Notes under the pieces: generated by a model
The model's database searches: none
What the model was told of the DNA's origin: nothing
The model's input: the letters and a program-made list of their open reading frames with translations, nothing else
Position numbers and translations under genes: made by a program
Shown here: positions 38,734 through 48,877 of the stretch, in pieces
How positions within the stretch are numbered: position 1 is the first letter of the stretch
Layout of the letters: every line of letters starts with the position of its first letter
Source of the DNA: Desulfobacterales bacterium
GTDB lineage: Bacteria; Desulfobacterota; Desulfobacteria; Desulfobacterales; SURF-7
Reading direction: 5' to 3'
Length of the DNA: 64,000 nucleotides
Assembly: GCA_028277765.1 (NCBI GenBank)
Contig: JANQFQ010000028.1
Location: forward strand, 362-64,361

Positions 38734-39960
38734 TTACCTCCTTAAAAGAATAGCGCTTGTTGGAACACCAAGTCCGCCGGTTACCAATGAAATTTCCACG
38801 TCATCCACCTGACCGGTTGATGTACCCCTAACCTGCCTGACCGCTTCATTGATCAGGTTCATTCCGTGAATGTATGCCTCTGACAGGTGGCCACCCGATG
38901 TGTTGCAGGGGAGTTCCCCGCCAATCCTGATTCGTTCGCCACCTTCACAAAAAAGCGCGCCTTCTCCTTCTTCCACAAAACCGTATTCTTCCATCTGCAT
39001 GGGGATAAGCGGTGAGAAAGCGTCATAAAATTGGGCAACATCCACATCTTTGGGGGTGACACCGGAGACGCGCCACAGTTCCTGGCCCGCATACCAGACC
39101 TCTGGGAGCAGGGATATTTTCGGCCGGTAAAGGCTGGTCATCATCTCGCCCTGCTCGGCAATCCCCTGTACCGCACCCATGATAACAGCGGGTGTCTGCT
39201 TAAGATCTTTTGCACGCTCCGTAGTGGTAACGATAATTGCACAGGCGCCGTCCGAATCAACACAGCAGTCATACAGCCGGAGCGGTTCAACGATCATCTT
39301 TGACGCCATATAGTCTTCAAGGGTGGCCGGCACGCCGTAGAACATGGCCTCTGGATTCATGCAGGCATGTTCCCTGAGGACAACAGATACCCAGCCGAGC
39401 TGTTCGGCAGTGACATTATAATCATGCATGTATCTGGTACCAAACAGAGCAACCCACGAAGGCGGCACAGCTAGCCCGTAAGGCATGATGTAGCCGTAAT
39501 GGTCGTTGGGAGCAGCCATGACCGTTTCCACGCCGGGTACGCGCCCATACCGCCTGCCCGAGCGTTCGTTCATGGCTCTATAGCACACAACGTACTTTGC
39601 CATGCCGGTGGCAACCGCTGCTGCCGCGTGAGAGATTGTGGAACAGCAGGCGCCGCCACCCCATCCGCATTCAGCAAAGAACGCCAGGTCTTTTATCCCT
39701 AAAGCGCTGACAAGATGCATCTCATCCGTGTAATCCATGGCAAACTTGACAAGGCCGTCGATCTGTTCCATCTTCAGCCCTGCATCCTCAACAGCGTCTA
39801 TAATCGCTTCACATGCCATCTGAAGTTCGCTTCGGCCCGAGTTTTTTGAAAATTCGGTGGCGCCGATGCCAGCAATCGCTGTCTTATCTTTTATCAGATA
39901 AGCTGACGGATCCGGCCTGCCGAATTTTTGATATCTTCTTGAAAGATACTGGTCGAACAC
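38734..39960 (-). CDS. Ltp2-like steroid side-chain aldolase (lipid-transfer protein family)
   Basis: AGIGATEFSKNSGRSEL, YRAMNERSG.R, YDAF, EAYIHG; lacks the thiolase GHP motif. Confidence 0.88.
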   Translation of the reverse strand: MFDQYLSRRYQKFGRPDPSAYLIKDKTAIAGIGATEFSKNSGRSELQMACEAIIDAVEDAGLKMEQIDGLVKFAMDYTDEMHLVSALGIKDLAFFAECGWGGGACCSTISHAAAAVATGMAKYVVCYRAMNERSGRRYGRVPGVETVMAAPNDHYGYIMPYGLAVPPSWVALFGTRYMHDYNVTAEQLGWVSVVLREHACMNPEAMFYGVPATLEDYMASKMIVEPLRLYDCCVDSDGACAIIVTTTERAKDLKQTPAVIMGAVQGIAEQGEMMTSLYRPKISLLPEVWYAGQELWRVSGVTPKDVDVAQFYDAFSPLIPMQMEEYGFVEEGEGALFCEGGERIRIGGELPCNTSGGHLSEAYIHGMNLINEAVRQVRGTSTGQVDDVEISLVTGGLGVPTSAILLRR

Positions 39961-40032
39961 AACATACCTCCTTAATGTTTAACTGCACAGTCAACACCTG
40001 ACTGGATGTTTCAATGCACGGCATTTAATTTA

Positions 40033-40470
40033 TTATTTAGGAATCGCCAGTGTCGCGGTCCCGCTGCCATGTGTACCATTACCTGTAGCGAGTGTATATT
40101 CAACATCCACCAGGTATTCATCCCCCTCAGTATATTTGTTCAGCACTTTGCCGTTGCTGGTCAGCGTGTCACCGGGATAACATGGCAGGGCAAGGTTGAT
40201 CACGATATTTTTCAGTTCTCCTTTGGGCCCTGTCCAGTCAGTCAGATATTTCCCGATCAAACCGCCGGTTGTCAGAATATTCAGGAAGATATCGGGTGTG
40301 CCGGAATTTTTCGCGGCTTCATGATCATGGTGCACATCCTGAAAGTCCCTTGAGGCGATAGCAGTTGAAATTACAGTCCTTCGCGTTATATCACGGCTTT
40401 GCTCAGGCAGTTTGGTCCCCTTTTTAATTTGGTCCCATTTTAAAGATTTGTACGTTTTCTTTTTGGCCAT
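40033..40470 (-). CDS. MaoC-like hydratase subunit (ChsH1-like)
   Basis: AIASRDFQDVHHD...DIFLNILTT.G...PCYPGD. Confidence 0.87.
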   Translation of the reverse strand: MAKKKTYKSLKWDQIKKGTKLPEQSRDITRRTVISTAIASRDFQDVHHDHEAAKNSGTPDIFLNILTTGGLIGKYLTDWTGPKGELKNIVINLALPCYPGDTLTSNGKVLNKYTEGDEYLVDVEYTLATGNGTHGSGTATLAIPK

Positions 40471-40488
40471 TTTTTTCCCCTTTTATGA

Positions 40489-40998
40489 TTAATTAGGTCT
40501 GAATTTGAAAATTGTAAATGGCTGTTTGCAGACCACTTCATCCTTCTGGTTGGAATAAGTATACACAACGGTCAGGAAATACCCCTGGCCGAGACGTGTT
40601 TTCTTTAACGGTGACGCAGTGATGAACGTCAGCGTGTATTTCAGCTTATCACCCGGACGCATTGGTTTGAAATATTCCTGGGATGTGGTTGTTGCCACCA
40701 CATATGGGTAACCTGCTTCTCCCATAATCTCCGTCAGTATCTCCAAGGTGTGCGGCTCACGGTCTTCTGGCGGCCACAGCCGGGGGACACAATACGCCTG
40801 CGCCATCGTCGGCGGCGCGATGATACCTTTATATTTGCTATTTTTCGCGTACTCTTCATCCGTGTAAAGAGGGTTGCCGTCCTGCATTGCTTCACTCCAG
40901 TGGCGGATCATCGGTTCATTAACCTCATCGTTTGCAGGATAAGGACCGGTTACCTGGCCGATCATGGACTGAAGTTTATCATATAGATCATCACTCAT
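40489..40998 (-). CDS. MaoC-like hydratase subunit (ChsH2 N-terminal-like)
   Basis: VNEPMIRHW.EAM.D.NP.Y, APPTM, K.T.LG.GYF. Confidence 0.87.
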   Translation of the reverse strand: MSDDLYDKLQSMIGQVTGPYPANDEVNEPMIRHWSEAMQDGNPLYTDEEYAKNSKYKGIIAPPTMAQAYCVPRLWPPEDREPHTLEILTEIMGEAGYPYVVATTTSQEYFKPMRPGDKLKYTLTFITASPLKKTRLGQGYFLTVVYTYSNQKDEVVCKQPFTIFKFRPN

Positions 40999-41017
40999 AT
41001 TCTTTACCTCCTGCTAT

Positions 41018-42193
41018 TTAACCGGCCATGGGCATAAAAAGACCTGCCATGGCGATAATGGTCTTCTGGACTTCGATAGCGCCGCCACCGAAAATAAAAA
41101 CAATATCTGCCCTGTAACCGATTTCAATATCTCCTTCAAGGGGGGCAAGATGGTCAGGATACTGTATCAGCCCCAGGGGTCCGAAGATTTCCAGGATGGA
41201 ATTGTTGACTTTCTGATAAAGCATGGAACCATACGCTTTAACTGTTGAGGCTTCTGCGTATACCATCTCCTCATTGGTTATTTTCATTGCCACCTGGAAA
41301 TTGAGCAGCTTAAGGACTTCGATTTCAGCCGTGAGTTCAGCAAATTTTGCCTTTACACCGGGATGTTCAATAATATACTTGCCGTCAGCCTTTGTTTCTT
41401 TCGCGAATTCAACTGCCAGTTCCACTCTGCGTCTTAACGGAGAAGACGTGCAGAGAGCAATCCGTTCTAGGTCGAGCTGATTGGTAATATATTTCCAGCC
41501 CCAATTTTCATCTCCCACAAGGCGGTCCTTATGGACCCTAACATTGTCGTAAAATGTTGAGTTTGTCTGCAAGTTGCCGACCGTGTGCAGGGGGACAATT
41601 TCGATGCCTGGAGAATCAGCATCAAGTAGAAAGATGGAAATTCCCCTTGATTTTTTTTCAGCATTTGGATCGGTTACTGCGGCAAACCATATATACTTGG
41701 CAAAATGAGCAAGACTGGTAAATGACTTTTGACCGTTCAGAATATAATAATCTCCATCCTTTTCAGCGGTCGCTTGAAGGGATGACAGGTCAGAACCCGC
41801 GTCAGGTTCGGTATAACCGATGGCGATTTCAATATTCCCTTTTAAAATCTCGGGCAGGACCATATCTTTCATTTCATCAGAACCGTATTTCATTATTGTC
41901 GGTCCGACTGTGTTCAGGGCAATGATGGGGAGGCGGGCATCATAGTAATCAGCGGTTTCAAAGAAAATATGCTGTTCCATGGGCGTGAGACCCTTACCGC
42001 CGTATTCCTTGGGCCATCCCAGACCGAGCCAGCCGTCTGAACCAAGTTTTTTCCAGAATTCCTGGCACAACGGACCACCGGTTTCACCCAGCTCAAGAAA
42101 CTCTTGTTGAAGTTCCGGCGTGATCGCTGTTTCAAGGTATTCAGCAAACTCTTTTTGAAAATTTTTCTGTTCTGATGTTAATGCAAAATCCAT
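41018..42193 (-). CDS. Acyl-CoA dehydrogenase, FadE26/29-like subunit
   Basis: GWPKEYGG, IGYTEP.AGSDL, QLDLER, FGGG..EVQK.II. Confidence 0.92.
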   Translation of the reverse strand: MDFALTSEQKNFQKEFAEYLETAITPELQQEFLELGETGGPLCQEFWKKLGSDGWLGLGWPKEYGGKGLTPMEQHIFFETADYYDARLPIIALNTVGPTIMKYGSDEMKDMVLPEILKGNIEIAIGYTEPDAGSDLSSLQATAEKDGDYYILNGQKSFTSLAHFAKYIWFAAVTDPNAEKKSRGISIFLLDADSPGIEIVPLHTVGNLQTNSTFYDNVRVHKDRLVGDENWGWKYITNQLDLERIALCTSSPLRRRVELAVEFAKETKADGKYIIEHPGVKAKFAELTAEIEVLKLLNFQVAMKITNEEMVYAEASTVKAYGSMLYQKVNNSILEIFGPLGLIQYPDHLAPLEGDIEIGYRADIVFIFGGGAIEVQKTIIAMAGLFMPMAG

Positions 42194-42830
42194 TATAATA
42201 CTCCCTGTTGGTTACTGGTTTTTGGGCTGTTTTGGGCTGCTGCTCATAAGGCATTGCCAAAAAACCTTGAAATTATAGATAGATATTAATGCCTATTGAT
42301 AATATTAATATTTATTAAAAATTCTTTCTAACCATGCTAATTGAGTTAAGTATTACATACTTGAATGTTGGGCTAAGATAACTGGTTCAGGAAACGCCAA
42401 AGTTTCAGCCAACCTGTCACAGACTGCGCCTCATAAAAATAACATTTAATATCAAGCAGATAGGAAGAAAAATTCATAAGCCAAGTACATTGCAATACAG
42501 AAAACTCAACAATTATTAATATTGTACACCCTAAAAAAATAGAATGTATTACTTACTTGTTTTAACGTTTTTGTCAAGCAATTTTTAAGTTTTCCCATGA
42601 TCGTTGCTTCAAAGCGATCTCGTTGCATATATCTGATTTTTTTGAACATATAAAAAATATAAATATCTTGATAAAAATTCTATAATTGGGTATGTAAAAA
42701 ATTTCAAATTTATAAGCGGTTTAGGATGACCCTGGGTAATAAGTTTATAGTGTTAAATCAGTTAATTATATTTATTCAATAATCATAAGGAAAGGCTGCT
42801 GTGTCGTCTTTCCGGAACGAGGAGGAATGT

Positions 42831-43589
42831 ATGGCAATTAACAAGATCGTTTCTACAATGGATGAAGCTGTTGCCGGTATGCATGACGGTGCCATGATAC
42901 ATGTGGGCGGTTTCGGCACTATTGCCAGTGCGCCGAGCTGTCTTCTTGAAGCTGTATCTGAGCTGAATATCAAGGACCTTACCGTTGTTTCCAACAGCGG
43001 TGGTTTTGGCAAGGAAATCTGGGGCGAACATGATGTGGCGGTTCTTCACCAGACAGGCAAGATAAAAAAACATATTGTGTCCGCTCCTACAAATCCCTTG
43101 ATTGTAAATGAACTGGAGACAAGGTTCAGAGCAAGGGAAATCGAAGTGGAGCTGGTCCCCCAGGGTACCATGGCGGAGCGGATAAGGGCAGCCAGAGTTG
43201 GCCTTGGTGGTATTTTAACGCCAGTGGGTATTGGTACGGTTATTGAGGAAGGTAAAGAGGTGAAGGAGATTAACGGTGTCAAATATCTGCTGGAACTACC
43301 CTTAATGGCTGATTTTTCTCTTATAAGGGGCGCAAAGGCCGATAGATGGGGCAACCTTGTTTATAACGGGACGTCAAGAACGTTTAATGCCACCATGGCT
43401 GGCGCAGCCAAGGTTACCATTGCTGAAGTTGATGAGGTCGTTGAACTTGGCGATTTGGATCCTGAAGAGATCATTACACCCGGTGTTTATGTTGATAGGA
43501 TTGTATTAAGGTCTGCTCCCAAAGCAAAAGATAACTACGAAGAGGTCGCTCAAAGAGCGGCTGACAAAAAAGAGAAAGAGGAGGCATAG
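42831..43589 (+). CDS. 3-oxoacid CoA-transferase subunit A
   Basis: VGGFG, VSN.G, PQGT.AERIRA, ADRWGNL; GGAGG RBS before ATG 42831. Confidence 0.93.
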   Translation: MAINKIVSTMDEAVAGMHDGAMIHVGGFGTIASAPSCLLEAVSELNIKDLTVVSNSGGFGKEIWGEHDVAVLHQTGKIKKHIVSAPTNPLIVNELETRFRAREIEVELVPQGTMAERIRAARVGLGGILTPVGIGTVIEEGKEVKEINGVKYLLELPLMADFSLIRGAKADRWGNLVYNGTSRTFNATMAGAAKVTIAEVDEVVELGDLDPEEIITPGVYVDRIVLRSAPKAKDNYEEVAQRAADKKEKEEA

Positions 43590-43590
43590 G

Positions 43591-44274
43591 ATGAACGATA
43601 AATTTAGTGACAAGTTTAGACTGGATGATCAGACTATGGCTCTCCGTGTGGCCAAGGAACTGGAAGACGGTATGGTTGTTAATCTGGGCATAGGAACCCC
43701 CTGCCTCGCGGCCAATTTAATTCCTACAGATAAAGAGGTCCTGTTTCATGCGGAAAACGGCTGCCTTGGGTTCGGACAGATATGCACTGCAGGCGAAGGG
43801 AGTCCGGATATTGTTAATGCGGGCGGACAGCCAGTTGAACCCAAACCAGGTATGTGTTTTCTTGAGCATTGTGATTCCTTTGCCATTGTCCGAAGAGGGC
43901 TACTTGACTATACGGTCCTGGGCGGCCTTCAGGTGTCTGAAAAAGGGGATCTTGCAAACTGGATGGTACCAAAGAAAGAGATCGGTACCATTGGCGGCGC
44001 AATGGACCTGGCGTTGTGCGCCAAAAACACAATCGTACTGATGACACATAACACAAAGGATAATCAGTTTAAAATTGTAAAGGAATGCAGTTACCCGCTT
44101 ACTGGTGAACGGTGTGTGAATATGGTCATAACCGATATCGCTGTTATGGTGATTACAGAGGATGGGATTGTACTCAAGGAAACAGCTCCTGGATGGACCG
44201 CTGAAGAGATACAGGAACTTACTGAACCAACGCTGATCATTGATCCGGATTTGCATGATATAGAACTGGTGTAG
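43591..44274 (+). CDS. 3-oxoacid CoA-transferase subunit B
   Basis: VNLGIG.P, AENG (catalytic Glu), GDLANW, GGAMDL. Confidence 0.93.
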   Translation: MNDKFSDKFRLDDQTMALRVAKELEDGMVVNLGIGTPCLAANLIPTDKEVLFHAENGCLGFGQICTAGEGSPDIVNAGGQPVEPKPGMCFLEHCDSFAIVRRGLLDYTVLGGLQVSEKGDLANWMVPKKEIGTIGGAMDLALCAKNTIVLMTHNTKDNQFKIVKECSYPLTGERCVNMVITDIAVMVITEDGIVLKETAPGWTAEEIQELTEPTLIIDPDLHDIELV

Positions 44275-44281
44275 TCAATAT

Positions 44282-45289
44282 ATGCGCGTACTTTTAACCG
44301 GCGCTTTTGGCAATCTTGGGATTGCCGCAATTGAGGAACTGCTCAGGCAAGATCATGATGTTCGATGTTTTGACATTGCCTCAAAAAAAAATAAAAAGAA
44401 AGCTAAGCAGTTTAACGGCCGGATAGAAATAATATGGGGTGATATCCGCAACAGGGAGACAGTGAACGGGGCTGTTGACGGGCAGGAGGCTATTATCCAT
44501 AATGCAGCTGTTTTGCCTCCGGTGACCGACCTTCAACCTGAACTTGCGCGGGCCATCAATGTTGAGGGAACACGATATGTTATTGATGCTGCAAAGGTAT
44601 CATCCCTTAAACCACTTGTTATATACGCATCATCTGTTGTCGTTCATGGTGCTGGTAAAGACAGCCGACCGCCGATAAAAGCAAGTAATCCCTTGAAACC
44701 GACGGACAATTATTCAACCCACAAGATTGAATGTGAAAAAATCATCGAAGAATCAGGAAATCCGTGGGTTGCGTTAAGAATTGGTGTGTCATTAGATCCT
44801 AACACTCGGGATGCAAACGGAGATGCGTTCAGGAAAATGTTTAATGTGACCCCTGAAACAAGGCTGGAATATGTTAATCCAAAGGATGTAGCGCTTGCGC
44901 AGGTGAATGCCCTGAAGTGCCCTGAAGCTGTTGGGAAGGCGTTTCTTATTGGAGGAGGGGAAACATGCCAGGTTACCTATCGTGATTTGTTTGATGCCAT
45001 TTTTAACGCGCTTGGTATTGGTATGCCGCCCATAGATGCGTTTGGAACTGATTCCTTTTACACGGACTGGATGGACACAGAAGAGAGTCAGCGGCTTTTG
45101 AAGTATCAACAAGGAACATTTGAAGAGTATCGAAAAGAGCTGATGCGCAGCATGGGCATCATCAGATGGTCAGTGTTTCTGTTCCGCCCTTTGGTGCGAT
45201 GGATGATTCTCAGGTATTCGGAGCCGTGGCAATCCAGAGGCAAGAAAAGCAAAATCCGGAATTCAAAGCACGAAACAATAATAAACTAA
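44282..45289 (+). CDS. Extended SDR (NAD-dependent epimerase / 3beta-HSD-like)
   Basis: TGAFGNLG, NVEGT, YSTHK (YxxxK). Confidence 0.85.
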   Translation: MRVLLTGAFGNLGIAAIEELLRQDHDVRCFDIASKKNKKKAKQFNGRIEIIWGDIRNRETVNGAVDGQEAIIHNAAVLPPVTDLQPELARAINVEGTRYVIDAAKVSSLKPLVIYASSVVVHGAGKDSRPPIKASNPLKPTDNYSTHKIECEKIIEESGNPWVALRIGVSLDPNTRDANGDAFRKMFNVTPETRLEYVNPKDVALAQVNALKCPEAVGKAFLIGGGETCQVTYRDLFDAIFNALGIGMPPIDAFGTDSFYTDWMDTEESQRLLKYQQGTFEEYRKELMRSMGIIRWSVFLFRPLVRWMILRYSEPWQSRGKKSKIRNSKHETIIN

Positions 45290-45435
45290 ATTTATAAAAT
45301 GATGCTAGATGGCTGGTCGTAGTGAAACGGAGATCCCGCTTCTTTTTAGCGGGAATGTTAGATAAAGGCTTAGAGAAAAATAACGGGGCAGGGTGCCCAT
45401 GCCACTAGAGTTTTTATCCAGTATCGAAATTTTCA

Positions 45436-46356
45436 ATGCCGAACAAACTCACAAAAAAAGAGCTTGAACAGCGCGTAAAAGAGCTTGAAAAAGATGTTAT
45501 TAAGCTCAAGAAGGCTGAAGAGGCGCTGAGAAAGAGTGAAGACAGATTTCGCGCTCAATATAAAGGTATACCTGTCCCCACTTACACATGGCAGAAGGTT
45601 GAAGACGATTTTGTCATGATAAACTGCAACAATGCGGCACGTATTTCAACACGGCGGTGGGCCACCAATAATATCGGGATTAGAGCCAGCAGGATATTCA
45701 AAGATACACCCAAAGACTATGAAGACGTTATTAAATGTTTTGAAACAAAAAAGAATATTCAGACGACCTGGAAATATACGGATATTGAAACCGGTAAACC
45801 ATCGGTTTTTGATGTAAAGATGGTGTTTATCCCGCCGGATCTTGTTCTGGTACATTCAGAGGATATCACTAAGCGGATGCAGGATGAAAAGGAAATCCTG
45901 GAGAAAGAGAAAAAACTGAAAAAGCAGGCCCACAATCTACAGGAATTCAATACTGCCTTAAATGTTTTGCTCGAACACAGGGAAAAAGAGAAAAAGGAGC
46001 TTGAGGAGAATATTGTCGCGAGTATAAAAAAACTTGTCCTCCCTTATCTTGATGAGTTTGATAAAGGGAAGCTCAGCTCAAAAAACCGTATGTATCTTGA
46101 TATCATCCGTTCAAATCTTGAAGAATTGCTCGCTCCGATTACAAAGAGACTCTCCTCAGAATACCTGAACCTCACACCTACTGAAATCAAGATCGCAGAT
46201 TTTATCAGAAGGGGTTTGACCAGCAAAGAGATCGCGTTACAGATTAACGTTTCTCCAAACGCTGTTCTATTCCATAGGAAGAATATCAGGAAGAAACTCG
46301 GGTTGGTGCATAAAAAAACAAACCTGAGTTCTTTTTTGCAGACATTGTCGGGATGA
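45436..46356 (+). CDS. PAS-LuxR transcriptional regulator
   Basis: PAS region, coiled coil, LTPTE...G.TSKEIA...HRKNIRKKLG HTH. Confidence 0.9.
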   Translation: MPNKLTKKELEQRVKELEKDVIKLKKAEEALRKSEDRFRAQYKGIPVPTYTWQKVEDDFVMINCNNAARISTRRWATNNIGIRASRIFKDTPKDYEDVIKCFETKKNIQTTWKYTDIETGKPSVFDVKMVFIPPDLVLVHSEDITKRMQDEKEILEKEKKLKKQAHNLQEFNTALNVLLEHREKEKKELEENIVASIKKLVLPYLDEFDKGKLSSKNRMYLDIIRSNLEELLAPITKRLSSEYLNLTPTEIKIADFIRRGLTSKEIALQINVSPNAVLFHRKNIRKKLGLVHKKTNLSSFLQTLSG

Positions 46357-46370
46357 ATTGGGTAGCGTAT

Positions 46371-46390
46371 CACTACCAATACACTACCAA
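46371..46390 (+). promoter_or_regulatory. Direct-repeat candidate operator upstream of the corrinoid operon
   Basis: CACTACCAA twice, 11-bp period. Confidence 0.45.
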
Positions 46391-46526
46391 CAGTTTATCA
46401 TTTAAATTTTTATGTTTTTATGCTATATAGAATTTTTTTAAATTTGATAGAAATACTATGTTTTCGATTTTATTGTATTTTTTTATGTATATAGTGAATC
46501 TCATAATAAACTAAGGAGACATAAAA

Positions 46527-47165
46527 ATGGATATTAAAGAAATCGCGGAATCGTTTGTAAAGCTCCAGACTGATCCTACCAAAGAGAAAATACAGGCTGC
46601 TTTGGACGAAGGGATGGATCCGGTTGACATTCTTCAGGAGGGGGTGATTGCCGGCCTGCAGGAGGTTGGAAAAAAGTTTGAGGCAGAGGAATACTTTTTA
46701 GCGGAACTGATGATGGCCGGGAAACTCGGAGAAGCCTGTATGGCAATTATCAATCCACATCTCCCCGAAAACACCGGACCCGCAAAAGGCACGGTAGTGC
46801 TGGGGGCAGTGGAAGGGGATCTTCATGACATCGGCTACGGTCTTGTGGCAAACCAGCTGAAACTGGCGGGTTATGACGTCCATCCAATAGGGGTTAATAT
46901 TCCGAGCCTTCAGTTTATTGAAAAAGCCCAGGAACTGAACGCTGATATCATTGGTCTTTCAGCCTTCCTGGTAACCACTATCCCAAACTGTTCAGAGGTC
47001 GTTAAATACTTAGTTGATATGAATATCAGGGACAAATTCAAGGTGATTATAGGTGGTGCGGAAACGACTAAGGCAAAAGCAGAAGAGATGGGGTGTGATG
47101 GTCAGGCGGATGATGCATTTGAAGCAGTGACTCTCTGTAATACATTGATGGGGCACACATCCTAA
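46527..47165 (+). CDS. Corrinoid (B12-binding) methyl-carrier protein
   Basis: Cap domain (G..F...EYFL.EL), GDLHDIG (DxHxxG), IGLSAFL, IIGGA. Confidence 0.93.
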   Translation: MDIKEIAESFVKLQTDPTKEKIQAALDEGMDPVDILQEGVIAGLQEVGKKFEAEEYFLAELMMAGKLGEACMAIINPHLPENTGPAKGTVVLGAVEGDLHDIGYGLVANQLKLAGYDVHPIGVNIPSLQFIEKAQELNADIIGLSAFLVTTIPNCSEVVKYLVDMNIRDKFKVIIGGAETTKAKAEEMGCDGQADDAFEAVTLCNTLMGHTS

Positions 47166-47221
47166 ACTTTTATAGAATTATTATTTGGTTCAGACATTTA
47201 CAAAAACGATGAGAGGGACAG

Positions 47222-48865
47222 ATGACAAACAAACCGGAAAAATGGGACATGGAAACCGATGTGCTGGTTATTGGAACAGGCGCTGCAGGGCTTACGTCAG
47301 CGATAGTTGCTAAAGATAACGGGGCAGCGGTGCTGGTGATAGAAAAATCAGGCCTGGTAGGCGGTACAACATCCGCTTCTGGGGGTGCTGTATGGGCACC
47401 CTGCAATCATCATATGACTGAAAAAGGGATAGATGATTCAAGGGAAGAGGCCTTGGTATATTGTAAACAGATAACCAAAGGGCGTGTGCCTGAGGAGCTT
47501 GTCGAGAAATATATTGATACGGTTCCGGAAATGCTAAAATTCATGGAAGATACTACGCCTTTGAAATTTGAAGTGGCCACAATGCCTGACTATCATCCCC
47601 AATTCGAGGGAGGACATGACGGGAAAGACTCACGGACATTAGGTCCGCTTACGTTTAATAAAATGGAACTGGGTGACAGCATGGCAAAACTTCGCCCAAA
47701 TCCCACGATGGGGCTGCCGCTTACCTTCGCGGAGATGGATGAGTGGGACTCGATCTGCAAGCCTCAGAATGTCGATTTTGAACTGATTGCCCAGCGTATG
47801 GGGGAGGGCCTGTGCGGCTTTGGCGAGGCCTTGATGGCTGCGCTGTACAAGGGATGCCTGGACAGGGATATTGATCCAATTGTTAACACCCGCGCATTGG
47901 AATTGGTTGTTGATGACGGAAAGGTAATAGGTATCATCGCCCGGCAGGAGGATAAAGAGATCTATATCAGTGCTAGCAAGGGCGTTATCCTTGCGAGTGG
48001 TGGTTTTGAATGGAACGAGGAATTGAAAAACACGTTTCTGCCGGGAGAAATTACCCATCCAAACAGCCCGCCCTACAATGAAGGCGACGGACTTAAGATG
48101 GCCATGTCTGTCAATGCAAAACTGGGAAATATGACAGAGCACTGGGGATGGGTATCCATGTCTATTCCAGGAGAAGAGGTTGACGGACGTCCCCTTAGCA
48201 GGGGAAGTCTTACCGAGCGGGCCCTTCCCCATGTGATCATTGTCAATAAAAAGGGGAAACGGTTTGTAAATGAAGCGGCAAGTTACAACGACATGTTCAA
48301 ACCTTTCTGGGAAGTTAATGAAAATACCCTTGAATACAAGAACCTTCCATCATGGCATGTGTTTGACCAGCAGTTCCATGACAAGTACGCTTTTTTAACA
48401 GTCATGCCGGGTGAAGATGTTCCTGATTACATCCTTCAAGCAGATACGATTAAGGAACTGGCTGAAAAAGCGGGTATTGACCCTGAGGGACTTGCCAATG
48501 AAGTTGAGAAATTTAACGGGTATGTTGAAAAAGGGGAGGACCCGGACTTTAACAGGGGTAAGGATGTTTTTGACCACTACTGGGGGGATGCTGATAACAA
48601 ACCGAATCCGTCTCTGGGATATATTAAAAAACCACCGTTTTACGCCATGCAGAATTACTGCGGGTCTCTTGGAACCAAAGGCGGTCCCAGAACCAGCACA
48701 GACGCGCAGGTGCTTCATATGTCCGGTGTTCCGATTCCCGGACTTTATGCAGCAGGTAATGTAACTGCAGTTGTCAGCGGGCCGAGCTATTTTGGCGCTG
48801 GCGGGACAATCGGCCCGGCAATGACGTTCGGTTATTTAGCCGCCAGGCATGCTGCAAAACAGTAA
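47222..48865 (+). CDS. kstD: FAD-dependent 3-ketosteroid Delta1-dehydrogenase-like flavoprotein
   Basis: GTGAAG, GGTTSASGG..W.P.N, PDYHP, RFVNEAASY, LGTKGG, YFGAGGTIGPAMTFGY. Confidence 0.72.
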   Translation: MTNKPEKWDMETDVLVIGTGAAGLTSAIVAKDNGAAVLVIEKSGLVGGTTSASGGAVWAPCNHHMTEKGIDDSREEALVYCKQITKGRVPEELVEKYIDTVPEMLKFMEDTTPLKFEVATMPDYHPQFEGGHDGKDSRTLGPLTFNKMELGDSMAKLRPNPTMGLPLTFAEMDEWDSICKPQNVDFELIAQRMGEGLCGFGEALMAALYKGCLDRDIDPIVNTRALELVVDDGKVIGIIARQEDKEIYISASKGVILASGGFEWNEELKNTFLPGEITHPNSPPYNEGDGLKMAMSVNAKLGNMTEHWGWVSMSIPGEEVDGRPLSRGSLTERALPHVIIVNKKGKRFVNEAASYNDMFKPFWEVNENTLEYKNLPSWHVFDQQFHDKYAFLTVMPGEDVPDYILQADTIKELAEKAGIDPEGLANEVEKFNGYVEKGEDPDFNRGKDVFDHYWGDADNKPNPSLGYIKKPPFYAMQNYCGSLGTKGGPRTSTDAQVLHMSGVPIPGLYAAGNVTAVVSGPSYFGAGGTIGPAMTFGYLAARHAAKQ

Positions 48866-48877
48866 GGAGGATACATC

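Noticed and set aside
46391-46526. Cobalamin riboswitch upstream of the corrinoid gene
   Set aside because: The region is short, very AT-rich and lacks a recognisable B12 box.
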